From an uncultured Thermotogaceae bacterium (GTDB lineage Bacteria > Thermotogota > Thermotogae > MWEM01): 64,000 bases of DNA. Under the pieces are notes generated by a model. It had not been told where the DNA came from. It was given only the letters and a program-made list of their open reading frames with translations, and did no database searches. A program made the translations under genes and the position numbers. The stretch spans positions 6,815-70,814 of the forward strand of contig CAYOFT010000001.1 in assembly GCA_964403295.1 (NCBI GenBank). Reading direction: 5' to 3'. Positions 1 to 9,710 of this stretch are shown here, piece by piece; position 1 is the stretch's first letter, and every line of letters starts with the position of its first letter.

Positions 1-1205
1 TCAACGGTTCTATTGATGAGATTATTTATAAAGAACAAACGGAAGAATTGCTTGGGATTCGTGACTCGGAATTACCTGTATACACCGTGCTTGTTCCTGT
101 ATTCAAAGAACCCGATGTCATTGAAACCCTTATTAAGGCCATCAAGAAATTTGATTATCCTCAAAACAAATTGGATGTTATTCTTTTATTGGAAGAGAAG
201 GATAAAGAAACGTATGAGGCTGCGAAGAAGGCGAAACCACCGTCAAATTGGCGTTTTTTGGTGATTCCACCCTCGCAGCCTCAAACCAAACCAAAAGCCT
301 GTAATTACGGCTTATTTTTTTCCAGGGGAGAATATCTCGTGATTTACGATGCTGAAGATATTCCGGAACCGGATCAGCTGAAAAAGTCTTATTTGGCATT
401 TAAAAACAACGATGAATCCTATATTTGTTTTCAGGGTGCTTTAAATTATTTCAACAAGGATCAGAATCTACTGACAAAACTTTTTACACTGGAATATTCC
501 TACTGGTTTGATTACATGTTACCTGGGTTATTCATGATGGATTTGCCCATACCCCTTGGAGGAACCAGCAATCATTTTAAAGTAGACAAACTACGAGAAA
601 TCGGGGGATGGGATCCGTTTAATACAACCGAAGATGCAGATTTGGGGATTCGTGCATCAGCCGAATCATATAAAGTGGGTATCATACGGTCCACGACATA
701 TGAAGAAGCCAATCCCCAAGTTTGGAATTGGATTCGACAACGCTCACGATGGGTAAAAGGCTATATGCAAACAACCCTTGTTTACAACCGTCATCCCTTT
801 AAGATGTTGAAGGTCTTGGGTCTGAAAAAATGGCTGTCTTTTCAGTTTTTCATCGGTGGTACTCCCCTTGTATTTCTTATCAATCCCATTTTATGGGGGC
901 TGTTTATCGTCTGGCTCTTTTTTAATCCGGCATTTTTATCTGACATGTTTACTCCCTTTACGTTGGGGCTTTCTCTTTTCAATTTCTTATTTGGCAATTT
1001 CTTAGGAATATACATGAATCTGTTGGGGGCATTTAGAAGGCGCAATTTCTCGCTTATACCCATCAGTTTGTTGAACCCTTTTTACTGGTTGTTGCATTCA
1101 GCAGCTTCTTACAAAGCGTTAGGGCAGTTACTTTACAAACCTCATTATTGGGAAAAAACGGTACACGGATTGAGTCATGGGAATGATAAAAATGAAAATC
1201 ACTAA
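1..1205 (+). CDS. Family-2 glycosyltransferase, processive synthase type (PgaC/IcaA/NodC/cellulose-synthase-like); 5-prime truncated by window edge
   Basis: Frame is open from nt 3 to stop at 1205. The TTG at 48 is only the first start-like codon. GT-A core VLVPVFKE, DXD-like DAEDIP, Q-R-S-R-W (QxxRW) motif, 3-4 C-terminal TM helices. Confidence 0.75.
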   Translation, partial: NGSIDEIIYKEQTEELLGIRDSELPVYTVLVPVFKEPDVIETLIKAIKKFDYPQNKLDVILLLEEKDKETYEAAKKAKPPSNWRFLVIPPSQPQTKPKACNYGLFFSRGEYLVIYDAEDIPEPDQLKKSYLAFKNNDESYICFQGALNYFNKDQNLLTKLFTLEYSYWFDYMLPGLFMMDLPIPLGGTSNHFKVDKLREIGGWDPFNTTEDADLGIRASAESYKVGIIRSTTYEEANPQVWNWIRQRSRWVKGYMQTTLVYNRHPFKMLKVLGLKKWLSFQFFIGGTPLVFLINPILWGLFIVWLFFNPAFLSDMFTPFTLGLSLFNFLFGNFLGIYMNLLGAFRRRNFSLIPISLLNPFYWLLHSAASYKALGQLLYKPHYWEKTVHGLSHGNDKNENH

Positions 1206-2613
1206 ATTCCCCTCACTGAGAGAAAATTGGCGAAAATTCATAGTGATTTTTTGTTTGCTCTTATTCCTTTATTTATATGTGAGTCATTTTTTAATGAGTC
1301 AAAATTTCTATCCTTCTGTTGACGCTGAAATCTTTTCAAGGGTTTTAATGGACAAACAAAATGAGAGCGGATTCCTTGAATCTGATTCCTTTGATATTCC
1401 TCTTTTACAATATTATAGTTTTTGGCTATATCCAAAATGGCCTGCATTTGTTTCAATTATAGCGGGTTCGTTAATCTTTACTTTTCTCATTTTATACATC
1501 CTTGAAAATTTTAAAACCCGTTTATTAAAAACAATACTGCCCATGATCTTCATCCTTTTACCTTCTACTCTGTTTGTGATTACCAACCAACCTATGATCG
1601 TCTTGATCATTTTCTTTTTTAGCCTGACCCTCTACTTTTTACTTGAGTTTTATACCACTCAAAGGGTCTTCTATCTCTTTATGGCAGCAATCTCTTTTGG
1701 ATTGCAGTTTTACATACAAATAGAGTTTTTTTGGTTGGGATTATTGCTAATCATTTTTTTTGGAGTGACTTATTATCGAACAGGCTTAACAGTGAATTAT
1801 CTTATTAGCACTTTATTCCCGATAGTCTTTTTTCTTTTAAGCTATTTGTTCCTTATTTGGATTTTTAAAGGTGATTTTTCCGAGTTTTCCCGAAGATTCC
1901 TGAAGATTGATTTTCAAAATGGTTTGCAGTGTCTAATTAATTGTTTTTTAGGGAGTATAAAACATCGCTGGCCTGTCTTAATTTTCTATTTATATGTTTT
2001 ATTCCAAGTGGGCAGATACAAAATATTCTACCGCTCACCACTTTTTATTGCCTTTATTTCTCCTTTTATCCTAATGTTTATTTTTGGTTCAGCAGGTATT
2101 GAAACAACCTCTTCTATCTTTATCAGTCTATCTATTATCAATTTCATTATTCTTTTCCCCTTTTTAGGTCCTTTGATTAATGAAAAAAGAAAGAAGAAAT
2201 TGATTTTATTTTTTTTAATGTTGATCTTGGTTTTTGATATCTTTTCTTTCTGGACCTTGAGAGAAGATAAAGAAAAGGACTTTTTCCTTGCCCTTCAAGG
2301 AAAGTTCAGGGATCCAAGAATCGAGGAATATCATCAGGTGGCTGACAAGCTGAAAGGTTTTTCGACTATCTTGACAGATGAACTCTCCACATATCAGATT
2401 ATATTTTTCTACAAGGGAGATGGTCAATTCATAACAACAGATTCTACTTTGTACCAAACTGCTTTGGCAAATCCCGCTTATTTTTCAGAAGCTTATCTGT
2501 ACGAAAAGACTGAAGGCTTATTATCTCTGGCGCAAGAGATAGTCTCTGAAGAATTTCCGGTTAAGTATTATGAGAGCGAGACTTTTGTGATCCTGTCTTC
2601 AGAGGATAAGTGA
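1177..2613 (+). CDS. Polytopic membrane protein (about 11 TM) with C-terminal soluble domain; possible GT-C-fold glycosyltransferase (ArnT/PMT-like)
   Basis: Overlaps GT2 stop by 29 nt. Highly hydrophobic, with an acidic ESDSFD motif in the first predicted external loop. Function is inferred. Confidence 0.55.
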   Translation: MGMIKMKITKFPSLRENWRKFIVIFCLLLFLYLYVSHFLMSQNFYPSVDAEIFSRVLMDKQNESGFLESDSFDIPLLQYYSFWLYPKWPAFVSIIAGSLIFTFLILYILENFKTRLLKTILPMIFILLPSTLFVITNQPMIVLIIFFFSLTLYFLLEFYTTQRVFYLFMAAISFGLQFYIQIEFFWLGLLLIIFFGVTYYRTGLTVNYLISTLFPIVFFLLSYLFLIWIFKGDFSEFSRRFLKIDFQNGLQCLINCFLGSIKHRWPVLIFYLYVLFQVGRYKIFYRSPLFIAFISPFILMFIFGSAGIETTSSIFISLSIINFIILFPFLGPLINEKRKKKLILFFLMLILVFDIFSFWTLREDKEKDFFLALQGKFRDPRIEEYHQVADKLKGFSTILTDELSTYQIIFFYKGDGQFITTDSTLYQTALANPAYFSEAYLYEKTEGLLSLAQEIVSEEFPVKYYESETFVILSSEDK

Positions 2614-2664
2614 TATTTTATCAACCGTATAGGGTAGATAATATACATATCAACTTAATATGGT

Positions 2665-3810
2665 TTAATTAATCCGCTTCAAATAAAACTCTCCCCTGTC
2701 GGGACGGAATTGGAAGATGTTAACGTCATTGGCATGATAGTCTCTGTATTTATCGTTGGAGATGATGTGGTATTTTTTTTCATAAGCCTTTTTTAAGACT
2801 AGCTCATCTGCCGGAGAATGAAAAAAAACGTTCGGGTTGTTGATGAAAGTCTTTTCCCAATAGTCTCTCCTTTTTTTTACAATAAAATCCGCATTGGCAT
2901 CAAAGATAAATATTAAGGGGAAATAAAGTATATCGTTAATACCTAAAATATTCAACAACTCTTTTAATCTCAAGGGATCAGGTTCAATCAAACCGGAAAA
3001 CATAATGTTACTGCCATCGATCACGACCCCGGTTTTTGGTATTTGTGTTATCAGTCTTCTTAAATAGGGATGGACAGAGTGAGTTCTTAGATGCTCAATT
3101 AAGGAGTCTTTTTGATGTGGTTCCAAGGAAGCATAAAAGTCTCTGATCCATTTTATTTCCAATTCCTTTAATCGATAAATATCCATTTTTTGTATTTCTT
3201 CAAGAATTTCTGTTTGGATTTTGATGTCTTGAGAATCTGAAAAAGGGGTTGTTTGGGGTCCAAAAGGTGAACGATCATAGGATAGGGTTTTAAAGGCTGC
3301 TTCCAATTCAATGGGTTCTTTAAAGTAGTCGGAAATATCCGATCCTTTTAACGCTTGGGCAATTTTGGTGTTAAACTGTAGATAAGTGTATTGGGAGGAG
3401 TTGATATTCAACTGTCTCTTTGCGTAATTGATAAGTCCTTTTGAGGGTAGATAAAAGTATCTTGGAGCTGTGTAAAAGAGAAATGGCGACAAAGTCCAAT
3501 CATCACATTCAAGGATCTTTAATGTTTCTTTTAATCGAGTTTTAAATTTTGATTTGCCGTATAGTATTTCATCAAAGGCAATGACGATACTGAGCGTGTC
3601 TTTTAGTTTCAGTTTTTCGAACAAACGCTCATCGCATTTTTTCAACAATGCTAGAAGGGTTTTTTTTGTCAGTGTCTTTAGCCTTTCCCTTGAACAGTTT
3701 GTTCTGATGTATTTTGATTTGGCACGTAAATCGCTTAAATTCTTTAAGTATTGGGCATCGTAAGCAATATCTTTTAATTTCTTTTTCAATTTGGGATCAC
3801 ATTCCTCCAC
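2665..3810 (-). CDS. NYN-domain (Zc3h12a/MCPIP1-like) ribonuclease with about 260-aa N-terminal region of unknown function
   Basis: C-terminus carries VVIDGSNIMFSG, FDANADF and HSPADELV, matching NYN catalytic Asp positions. Start (GTG 3810) is uncertain and overlaps the AEC gene by 14 nt. Confidence 0.55.
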   Translation of the reverse strand: MEECDPKLKKKLKDIAYDAQYLKNLSDLRAKSKYIRTNCSRERLKTLTKKTLLALLKKCDERLFEKLKLKDTLSIVIAFDEILYGKSKFKTRLKETLKILECDDWTLSPFLFYTAPRYFYLPSKGLINYAKRQLNINSSQYTYLQFNTKIAQALKGSDISDYFKEPIELEAAFKTLSYDRSPFGPQTTPFSDSQDIKIQTEILEEIQKMDIYRLKELEIKWIRDFYASLEPHQKDSLIEHLRTHSVHPYLRRLITQIPKTGVVIDGSNIMFSGLIEPDPLRLKELLNILGINDILYFPLIFIFDANADFIVKKRRDYWEKTFINNPNVFFHSPADELVLKKAYEKKYHIISNDKYRDYHANDVNIFQFRPDRGEFYLKRIN

Positions 3811-4750
3811 TTACAATGGAGAACCAGATAGGATAGGTGAATAAAAACAGAAAAGTTGAATAGACTACCACAGCACTGGCGAATTCTTTTTCTTTTTCGT
3901 GGCTATTTGATTCTGAAAGTCCTTCTGCAAGGATAGCCGTATTGACAGCTGTCGGCATTGCCAATTCTAAGACAAAGATTTGAAAGACCAAACCTTCCAT
4001 TCCGATAAATTTTCCAACGATCAACGCCAAAGCCGGGGGGAGGAATAATTTCATCAAAGATGCGGGTAAAATACTGAACAAATTTTTTAATTTGATTGGG
4101 ATGCGTGATAGGTTAACGCCGACAACCAGCAATATTACAGGAATAGCACTGTCTTTCAGCATGCTGACATAATTGACAGCCGGTTTGGGTAAATCCTCCA
4201 ACCAGTTGAAGCCTAAGGTTCCCAGCGTCCACGAGATGATCACCATGTAAAGCCATGGAATCCTTAAGATGTTCATCAAACCTTTTTTGATTAATCCTTT
4301 TCCTTTTGAAGAGAGCATTGTTGTACCGATAATGGGTAAGAGCACCATGTTCGCACTTGCCATAATGACTGCCAGAGGAATCGCCTGAGGACCGATGGAA
4401 TATTCAAGAACAGGATAGCCGATATAACCTGTATTGGAAAAAGAATTGGTATAAGACCAAAGGATGAAATTTCTCTTGGTGATTTTACCGAATACCCAAT
4501 AAATGATCACAATGGCGAAGGTCACAATGAGCGTCCCCAGGAAATAACGCCAGATCATATCCAAAGTGGGGACATGCTCGGTGATATAGGTAAAGATTAG
4601 AACACTTCCAAATAAATAGAAAGCCAGTTTTGAAAGCATGACTGACTTATCTTTAAAAACCTTACCGAAGATAAAACCCGTAATAAAAATGGAAAAGACC
4701 GGAATAATCGAAGCAAACGAATGGGTAAAGATACCTCCCCAGTCACTCAT
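3797..4750 (-). CDS. Auxin-efflux-carrier (AEC) family membrane transporter
   Basis: 317-aa polytopic membrane protein with AEC-like topology. ATGA overlap with mnmG stop. Confidence 0.6.
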   Translation of the reverse strand: MSDWGGIFTHSFASIIPVFSIFITGFIFGKVFKDKSVMLSKLAFYLFGSVLIFTYITEHVPTLDMIWRYFLGTLIVTFAIVIIYWVFGKITKRNFILWSYTNSFSNTGYIGYPVLEYSIGPQAIPLAVIMASANMVLLPIIGTTMLSSKGKGLIKKGLMNILRIPWLYMVIISWTLGTLGFNWLEDLPKPAVNYVSMLKDSAIPVILLVVGVNLSRIPIKLKNLFSILPASLMKLFLPPALALIVGKFIGMEGLVFQIFVLELAMPTAVNTAILAEGLSESNSHEKEKEFASAVVVYSTFLFLFTYPIWFSIVSGGM

Positions 4751-6630
4751 TTGTTGCCCTTGCCTTTATTTTTATGTCTTAAAAAGAAAATAATGTTCGC
4801 AATGTCTGCTGGATTAATGCCGGGTACTCTTGAAGCCTGTCCGACGGATGAGGGTTTAATACGCTCCAGTTTTTGCTTTGCTTCTGTCGCCAGATTTTCA
4901 ACCATGGCATAATCCACTTCGGGAGGAATCAAAAAATTCTCCATTTCTTCAAATTGTTTGATTTCTCGAAAAGACCTTTCGATATAGCCTTCATATTGGA
5001 TTTCTATATCTACTTGTTCAATAACTTCTTCATCTTCAATGGGTTGATCATCCCATTCTTTTATCATGGTGTAATTGATATCAGGTCTTTTCAACAAATC
5101 GATGAATCTTTTGGATTCTTTTAAAGGAGAAGAATTATTTTTTACAAGTAAATCGTTGATTTCATTGCTTTTTTTTACCGGTAATTCAGACAGTCTTTTA
5201 ACTTCCGATTTAATCCTTTCTTCCAAATCAACCGTTTTTTTATAAAATGCCTCAGGGATGAGTCCAAAGTGATAGCCATATTTAGCTAATCTCAGATGGG
5301 CATTATCATGTCTTAAAAGCAATCGATATTCAGCCCTGGAGGTTAGAAGACGATAGGGCTCATCGGTTCCCTTTGTGACGAGATCATCTATCAATACACC
5401 CAAATAGGATTCGTTTCTTTTTGGAAACCAGTGTTCTTTTCCATCGATTTTAAACACGGCGTTTAAACCGGCAATGAAACCTTGACCTGCGGCTTCTTCA
5501 TAACCACTGGTTCCGTTCACTTGCCCAGCGAAAAACAAGCCTTCAATCGATTTTGTTTCAAGATAGGGTGTTAACTGCTCGGGAAGGATATAATCATACT
5601 CTACGGCATATGCCGGTCTAATAATTTGAGCATGTTCAAGTCCATGGATGGAACGAATCATTTCTTCCTGCACGTTAAAGGGCAAACTGGTGCTTAATCC
5701 ACCTATATAATATTCTTCATTTCTCCTGGTTTCCGGTTCAATAAATAGCTGATGAGAATCTCTGTCGTTAAATTTCAAGACCTTGTCTTCGATGGAAGGA
5801 CAATACCTGGGACCAATTCCGTCGATTAATTTAATATCTCCGTAAAGGGGCGAGAAAGAAATGTTTTTTTGAATAATTTTGTGGGTTTTTGAGTTTGTTC
5901 GAGTGATGTAAACCGGCCATTCATCCGAAAGGACTTTTTTTTCTGAGAAGAAAGAAAAGGCCAAGGGGGTATCAGCCGTTGTTTGCTTTTCCAACACTTG
6001 AAAATTAATGCTGGTTTTTTTAATTCTTGCCGGTGTTCCTGTTTTAAACCGGTCAATTTTTAGCCCGATTTCCTGAATGGATTCCGAAATCACATCGGCA
6101 GAAAATTCTCCCAATCTTCCTGCGGGTAATTCTGAAGGTCCGACAAATATCTTGCCTTTGATAAATGTCCCAGCTGTAATAATTAGGCTTAGACATGTAT
6201 ATATTTCTCCGAAATGAGTTTTTATACCATTTATTTTTGAGCCTTTTATAAGAATCTTTTCAGCCAAACCATATCTTAAAAAAAGATTTTCTTGTTCCAT
6301 CAGGCTTCTTGTCATCGATTCACTGTAATCGTATTTATCGATCTGAGCCCTAAGCGCGTGCACAGCAGGTCCTTTACTGGTATTTAGCATCCTAATATTC
6401 GTCATAGTCGCATCCGTGTTTTTAGCCATTTGCCCACCAAGCACATCTATTTCTCGGATGACTACCCCTTTTGCCGGACCGCCAACAGAAGGATTACATG
6501 GTGCCCAGGCAACAGTGTCCAAGTTTAAGTTTAGAAGAAGTGTCTTTTTTCCTAATCTTGCAGAAACCAAAGCAGCCTCTACTCCAGCGTGGCCAGCTCC
6601 AACTACAATAACGTCAAAATCTTTTTCCAT
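4747..6630 (-). CDS. mnmG: tRNA uridine-5-carboxymethylaminomethyl synthesis enzyme MnmG (GidA)
   Basis: FAD motif DVIVVGAGHAGVEAA, GPRYCPSIEDK, TSRAEYRLLLR, GQASRVPGI. 627 aa. Confidence 0.95.
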   Translation of the reverse strand: MEKDFDVIVVGAGHAGVEAALVSARLGKKTLLLNLNLDTVAWAPCNPSVGGPAKGVVIREIDVLGGQMAKNTDATMTNIRMLNTSKGPAVHALRAQIDKYDYSESMTRSLMEQENLFLRYGLAEKILIKGSKINGIKTHFGEIYTCLSLIITAGTFIKGKIFVGPSELPAGRLGEFSADVISESIQEIGLKIDRFKTGTPARIKKTSINFQVLEKQTTADTPLAFSFFSEKKVLSDEWPVYITRTNSKTHKIIQKNISFSPLYGDIKLIDGIGPRYCPSIEDKVLKFNDRDSHQLFIEPETRRNEEYYIGGLSTSLPFNVQEEMIRSIHGLEHAQIIRPAYAVEYDYILPEQLTPYLETKSIEGLFFAGQVNGTSGYEEAAGQGFIAGLNAVFKIDGKEHWFPKRNESYLGVLIDDLVTKGTDEPYRLLTSRAEYRLLLRHDNAHLRLAKYGYHFGLIPEAFYKKTVDLEERIKSEVKRLSELPVKKSNEINDLLVKNNSSPLKESKRFIDLLKRPDINYTMIKEWDDQPIEDEEVIEQVDIEIQYEGYIERSFREIKQFEEMENFLIPPEVDYAMVENLATEAKQKLERIKPSSVGQASRVPGINPADIANIIFFLRHKNKGKGNK

Positions 6631-6661
6631 TATTATTTTTCATTTCCTTTCTAATTCAACC

Positions 6662-7798
6662 TCATTTTGTTTTAATTCTAAAAATGATTAACGAAGCGAA
6701 TAACGATGCTCCAAGATATGAGAAAAGGTAGATGGATTCATTTAATAATGATCCCAACGGTTTTCCTGCAATCATCAATTTTCTTAAAACATCTGTTAAA
6801 ACAGTTATGGGCAATGCAGGTGCGAGAAACTGCATTACTTTCGGCATTTGAGAGATAGGGAAAAAAACACCGCCACCAAGAAACATGAGAAAAACAATAG
6901 CAGTGGTTATACCCATTGAAACATCTCCATTGGGTGAAAAGACAGAAATCAGAAGTCCCAAGGACAAATAGGTTAACATACCAATCGTTAACAGTAAACC
7001 AACAATGAGGATGGATCCCTCAAAATTGATATGTAAAATGTATATGGTTCCCAGTAACAAAGAAATCGTTTGAACGAATCCCAAAATGGAATATGCGCAA
7101 TATTTACCTAAAACATATGATAATCTGCTGGAGGGTGTCACTCTGAATCCGTCAATAATGCCTTTATCCTTTTCTCTGCTGACTGAACCTGTAATTCCAA
7201 TGAGCATGGTGGAGAGGATAACAAATGCCAATACTCCCGGAGCCATCACATCGGGGTAATCCAATGTGTTGTGTTCAATGCCTTCAACGCGTAATTCCGG
7301 AACTTTAACATCTCTGGAGGGTTTCATTTTTTCATCCAGATCCATTTCGATCATGGCGCCATATTCTATTTCTCCCAAAGCAGTTCTTAACAATTTAAAA
7401 ATCGTTACACTCTCTAAAAGAGAAGCGCTACTGGGGATATACGAAATATACGTCTCGTTTCCTTGAAGCATATTCGCCGTAAATCCAACAGGGATGACAA
7501 TCAATCCATCAATTTCACCTTTATCCAAGGCAGCCAAAGCTTGATCTTTATCAGTGATTTTATAAATATTTTGTTGTTTTAGAAAACCTAAAATAAAGTT
7601 TGCCAGATATTTCCCCAAAAACGTTCGATCCTCCCCTAAAACGCCAATGGAGATATCATCCATTGCCCTTTCAGTAGGGATGAACATAAGAGAAACAGTT
7701 AATAAAAGAAAAGGAGTAATAATCAGTATGGCAAAGTAAATTGGATTCCTGGTTATATACTTTATTTCAGTTAAGAAATGCTGGATAAATGAATTCAT
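6662..7798 (-). CDS. ABC-2 family transporter permease (YhgE/NatB-like) with large external loop; no adjacent ATPase
   Basis: N-terminal TM, about 170-aa soluble loop, then 5 C-terminal TM helices. Confidence 0.6.
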   Translation of the reverse strand: MNSFIQHFLTEIKYITRNPIYFAILIITPFLLLTVSLMFIPTERAMDDISIGVLGEDRTFLGKYLANFILGFLKQQNIYKITDKDQALAALDKGEIDGLIVIPVGFTANMLQGNETYISYIPSSASLLESVTIFKLLRTALGEIEYGAMIEMDLDEKMKPSRDVKVPELRVEGIEHNTLDYPDVMAPGVLAFVILSTMLIGITGSVSREKDKGIIDGFRVTPSSRLSYVLGKYCAYSILGFVQTISLLLGTIYILHINFEGSILIVGLLLTIGMLTYLSLGLLISVFSPNGDVSMGITTAIVFLMFLGGGVFFPISQMPKVMQFLAPALPITVLTDVLRKLMIAGKPLGSLLNESIYLFSYLGASLFASLIIFRIKTK

Positions 7799-7888
7799 AA
7801 ACCATCACCTTGAATAATAATAAAAATCTACATGGGGATTATAACAGAAAACATTGGCGATTATTATAATAATTTTTACAGGTAATAA

Positions 7889-7921
7889 AAAAAGCTCCGA
7901 ATTTAGCATCGGAGCTTTTTG
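7889..7921. terminator. Bidirectional intrinsic terminator
   Basis: agctccga / tcggagct 8-bp stem with loop atttagca, flanked by an A-run upstream and a T-run downstream. Confidence 0.6.
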
Positions 7922-7937
7922 AGATATGTGCGTCTAT

Positions 7938-9554
7938 TTAATAAATTGCGTATGGACTTAATTCAACTGAATAGATGGGTTTGGATGGAAAATGGTATCG
8001 TTCTTGTTGAAGATATTCAACGGTGTACGCTGTTGTGATTTCAAAAGAAGGTATTACATCCAAATGATAATCGTTGTTGTGTTGGTAATTATCAAAAGTC
8101 AACCCAAAGCGAAGGTCGTTTTGCTGTAATTGGAATATATTCAAGAATGATAAAGTGCTATCAAGATGTAAAGACGGGGTCATATAACAGTCGCATGTAT
8201 TCATGGTTCCAGTTGCCGAGACAATTTCAATATCTCTTCTAAAGTCTGCGTATGGAACCCATTGTGATGCTTCATCCCAATTTTGTGCATCAATTCTTAA
8301 AGAATAATAAGTATCATCAAATTGATAAGTAACATGTGAATCGATCCTTCCGTCTCCCCCGCTTTGACTGGAGAAACCGAACTTTATATTACCGGAAAGA
8401 GGAATGTTCAATCCGTCAAAAGCGATTGGTTCATTGAAAAAATAGTTTGTGGAAATGTCTCTTTTTGTAGCGTTCACTTCCATTGTGATATTTCCCCTGA
8501 TCGCAAAAATCGGATGATAGAAAAACCTTTTTAAATCATCATTTAATCCCATTTCAAAATCTATGTCAATAAATGAGAGTATGATTTGTATGGGTTCATG
8601 AGAGTATATTCTTATAGTGGAATCAATGCTCTGAGACATGTGATCAATTTTTCCAGACCAAAGAACGTATTCATCGGTATTTCTGTCATTGATCAAATAA
8701 GGTTCATCAGGATTTGCCCCGAAAACATCTTTGTATTTCGTCCCTCTGAAAAAATTGGAATAATCATTCTCATCCAACTCACAAAGTTTCAATGTCCAAA
8801 TGCTGCCAGATCCCTCTACACTTTCTATTTTTTTGATAGGGCATCCCATACCATTGTTATAAGAAGGACCTAAAAGCAACAAGTCATCTTTGCTGATTTC
8901 GAAATTTAAAGAACTGGTGTTTATTTCGATGGTTCTTTCACCGGGATCGTATTGATTCAAACCAGGTAATGCTTTTTCATCGATACAGATCTTATTCAAT
9001 GAATTAATCGTCATGATGGGATAGGCTCTTTCGGTGTTTCCGGGGATCGTTCTGAAAGTAGTGGATATCTCTACTGTGTTGTTGAGTTCAATAAATAGAA
9101 CATTGGTTAAACCCCTACTGTCAGCAAAGTTGGTATCTGTTGCAGAAAATTTGATGTCCCAAATATCATCGCCATTAAGATCAAGGCTCTGACCATTTGG
9201 CAAAGTATGCAGCGTAACCGTTTTACTTGCTTGAGAGGTGTAATAAATGTTTTTAAATGTGATGGCGTTTTCGTTGATAGAAGAAAAATCCAGGTAAGCA
9301 TAATCCTCTTGATAGTTTTCATTTGTTTGCTTCAGCATTCTTATGCCAATGTCATCTGTGATACTGAACATCGATACGTCAAGATTATCACCGGAAAATA
9401 AAATCTTTCCATTTCTGAAAAACCCAACCTTCAACTCTTCCAATGACAAATATGGATCCGGAATCGGATCATCATTATTGTTCATACAAGAGGTGAGCCC
9501 CAAGGCTATAATAATCGATAGAATAATAAACAAAAAAGTGGTTTTACTCTTCAT
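7938..9554 (-). CDS. Large lipoprotein of unknown function
   Basis: Signal peptide with lipobox L-T-S-C (MKSKTTFLFIILSIIIALGLTSC). 538 aa. Confidence 0.7.
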   Translation of the reverse strand: MKSKTTFLFIILSIIIALGLTSCMNNNDDPIPDPYLSLEELKVGFFRNGKILFSGDNLDVSMFSITDDIGIRMLKQTNENYQEDYAYLDFSSINENAITFKNIYYTSQASKTVTLHTLPNGQSLDLNGDDIWDIKFSATDTNFADSRGLTNVLFIELNNTVEISTTFRTIPGNTERAYPIMTINSLNKICIDEKALPGLNQYDPGERTIEINTSSLNFEISKDDLLLLGPSYNNGMGCPIKKIESVEGSGSIWTLKLCELDENDYSNFFRGTKYKDVFGANPDEPYLINDRNTDEYVLWSGKIDHMSQSIDSTIRIYSHEPIQIILSFIDIDFEMGLNDDLKRFFYHPIFAIRGNITMEVNATKRDISTNYFFNEPIAFDGLNIPLSGNIKFGFSSQSGGDGRIDSHVTYQFDDTYYSLRIDAQNWDEASQWVPYADFRRDIEIVSATGTMNTCDCYMTPSLHLDSTLSFLNIFQLQQNDLRFGLTFDNYQHNNDYHLDVIPSFEITTAYTVEYLQQERYHFPSKPIYSVELSPYAIY

Positions 9555-9710
9555 TTTTATTCCCCCCCTATTTAATTAATCCTATTATAACATGATTTTA
9601 TTTACTTTTTTCAATGTGTTCTCAACAAATGAGACCATTTAATTTTTAATAATAAGGAATATGTACTATAATAGGATGAAGATTATAATATTCTACGGGA
9701 GGATGATAAG

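Noticed and set aside
48-1205. TTG at 48 as the true start of the GT2 gene
   Set aside because: The reading frame is open back to nt 3 with no stop. The GT-A fold normally follows N-terminal TM segments that are absent here. The gene therefore starts upstream of the window.
2614-2664. Possible terminator hairpin between convergent genes at 2613/2665
   Set aside because: Only a 3-bp gtc/gac stem is available, and there is no U-tract. Not a convincing structure.
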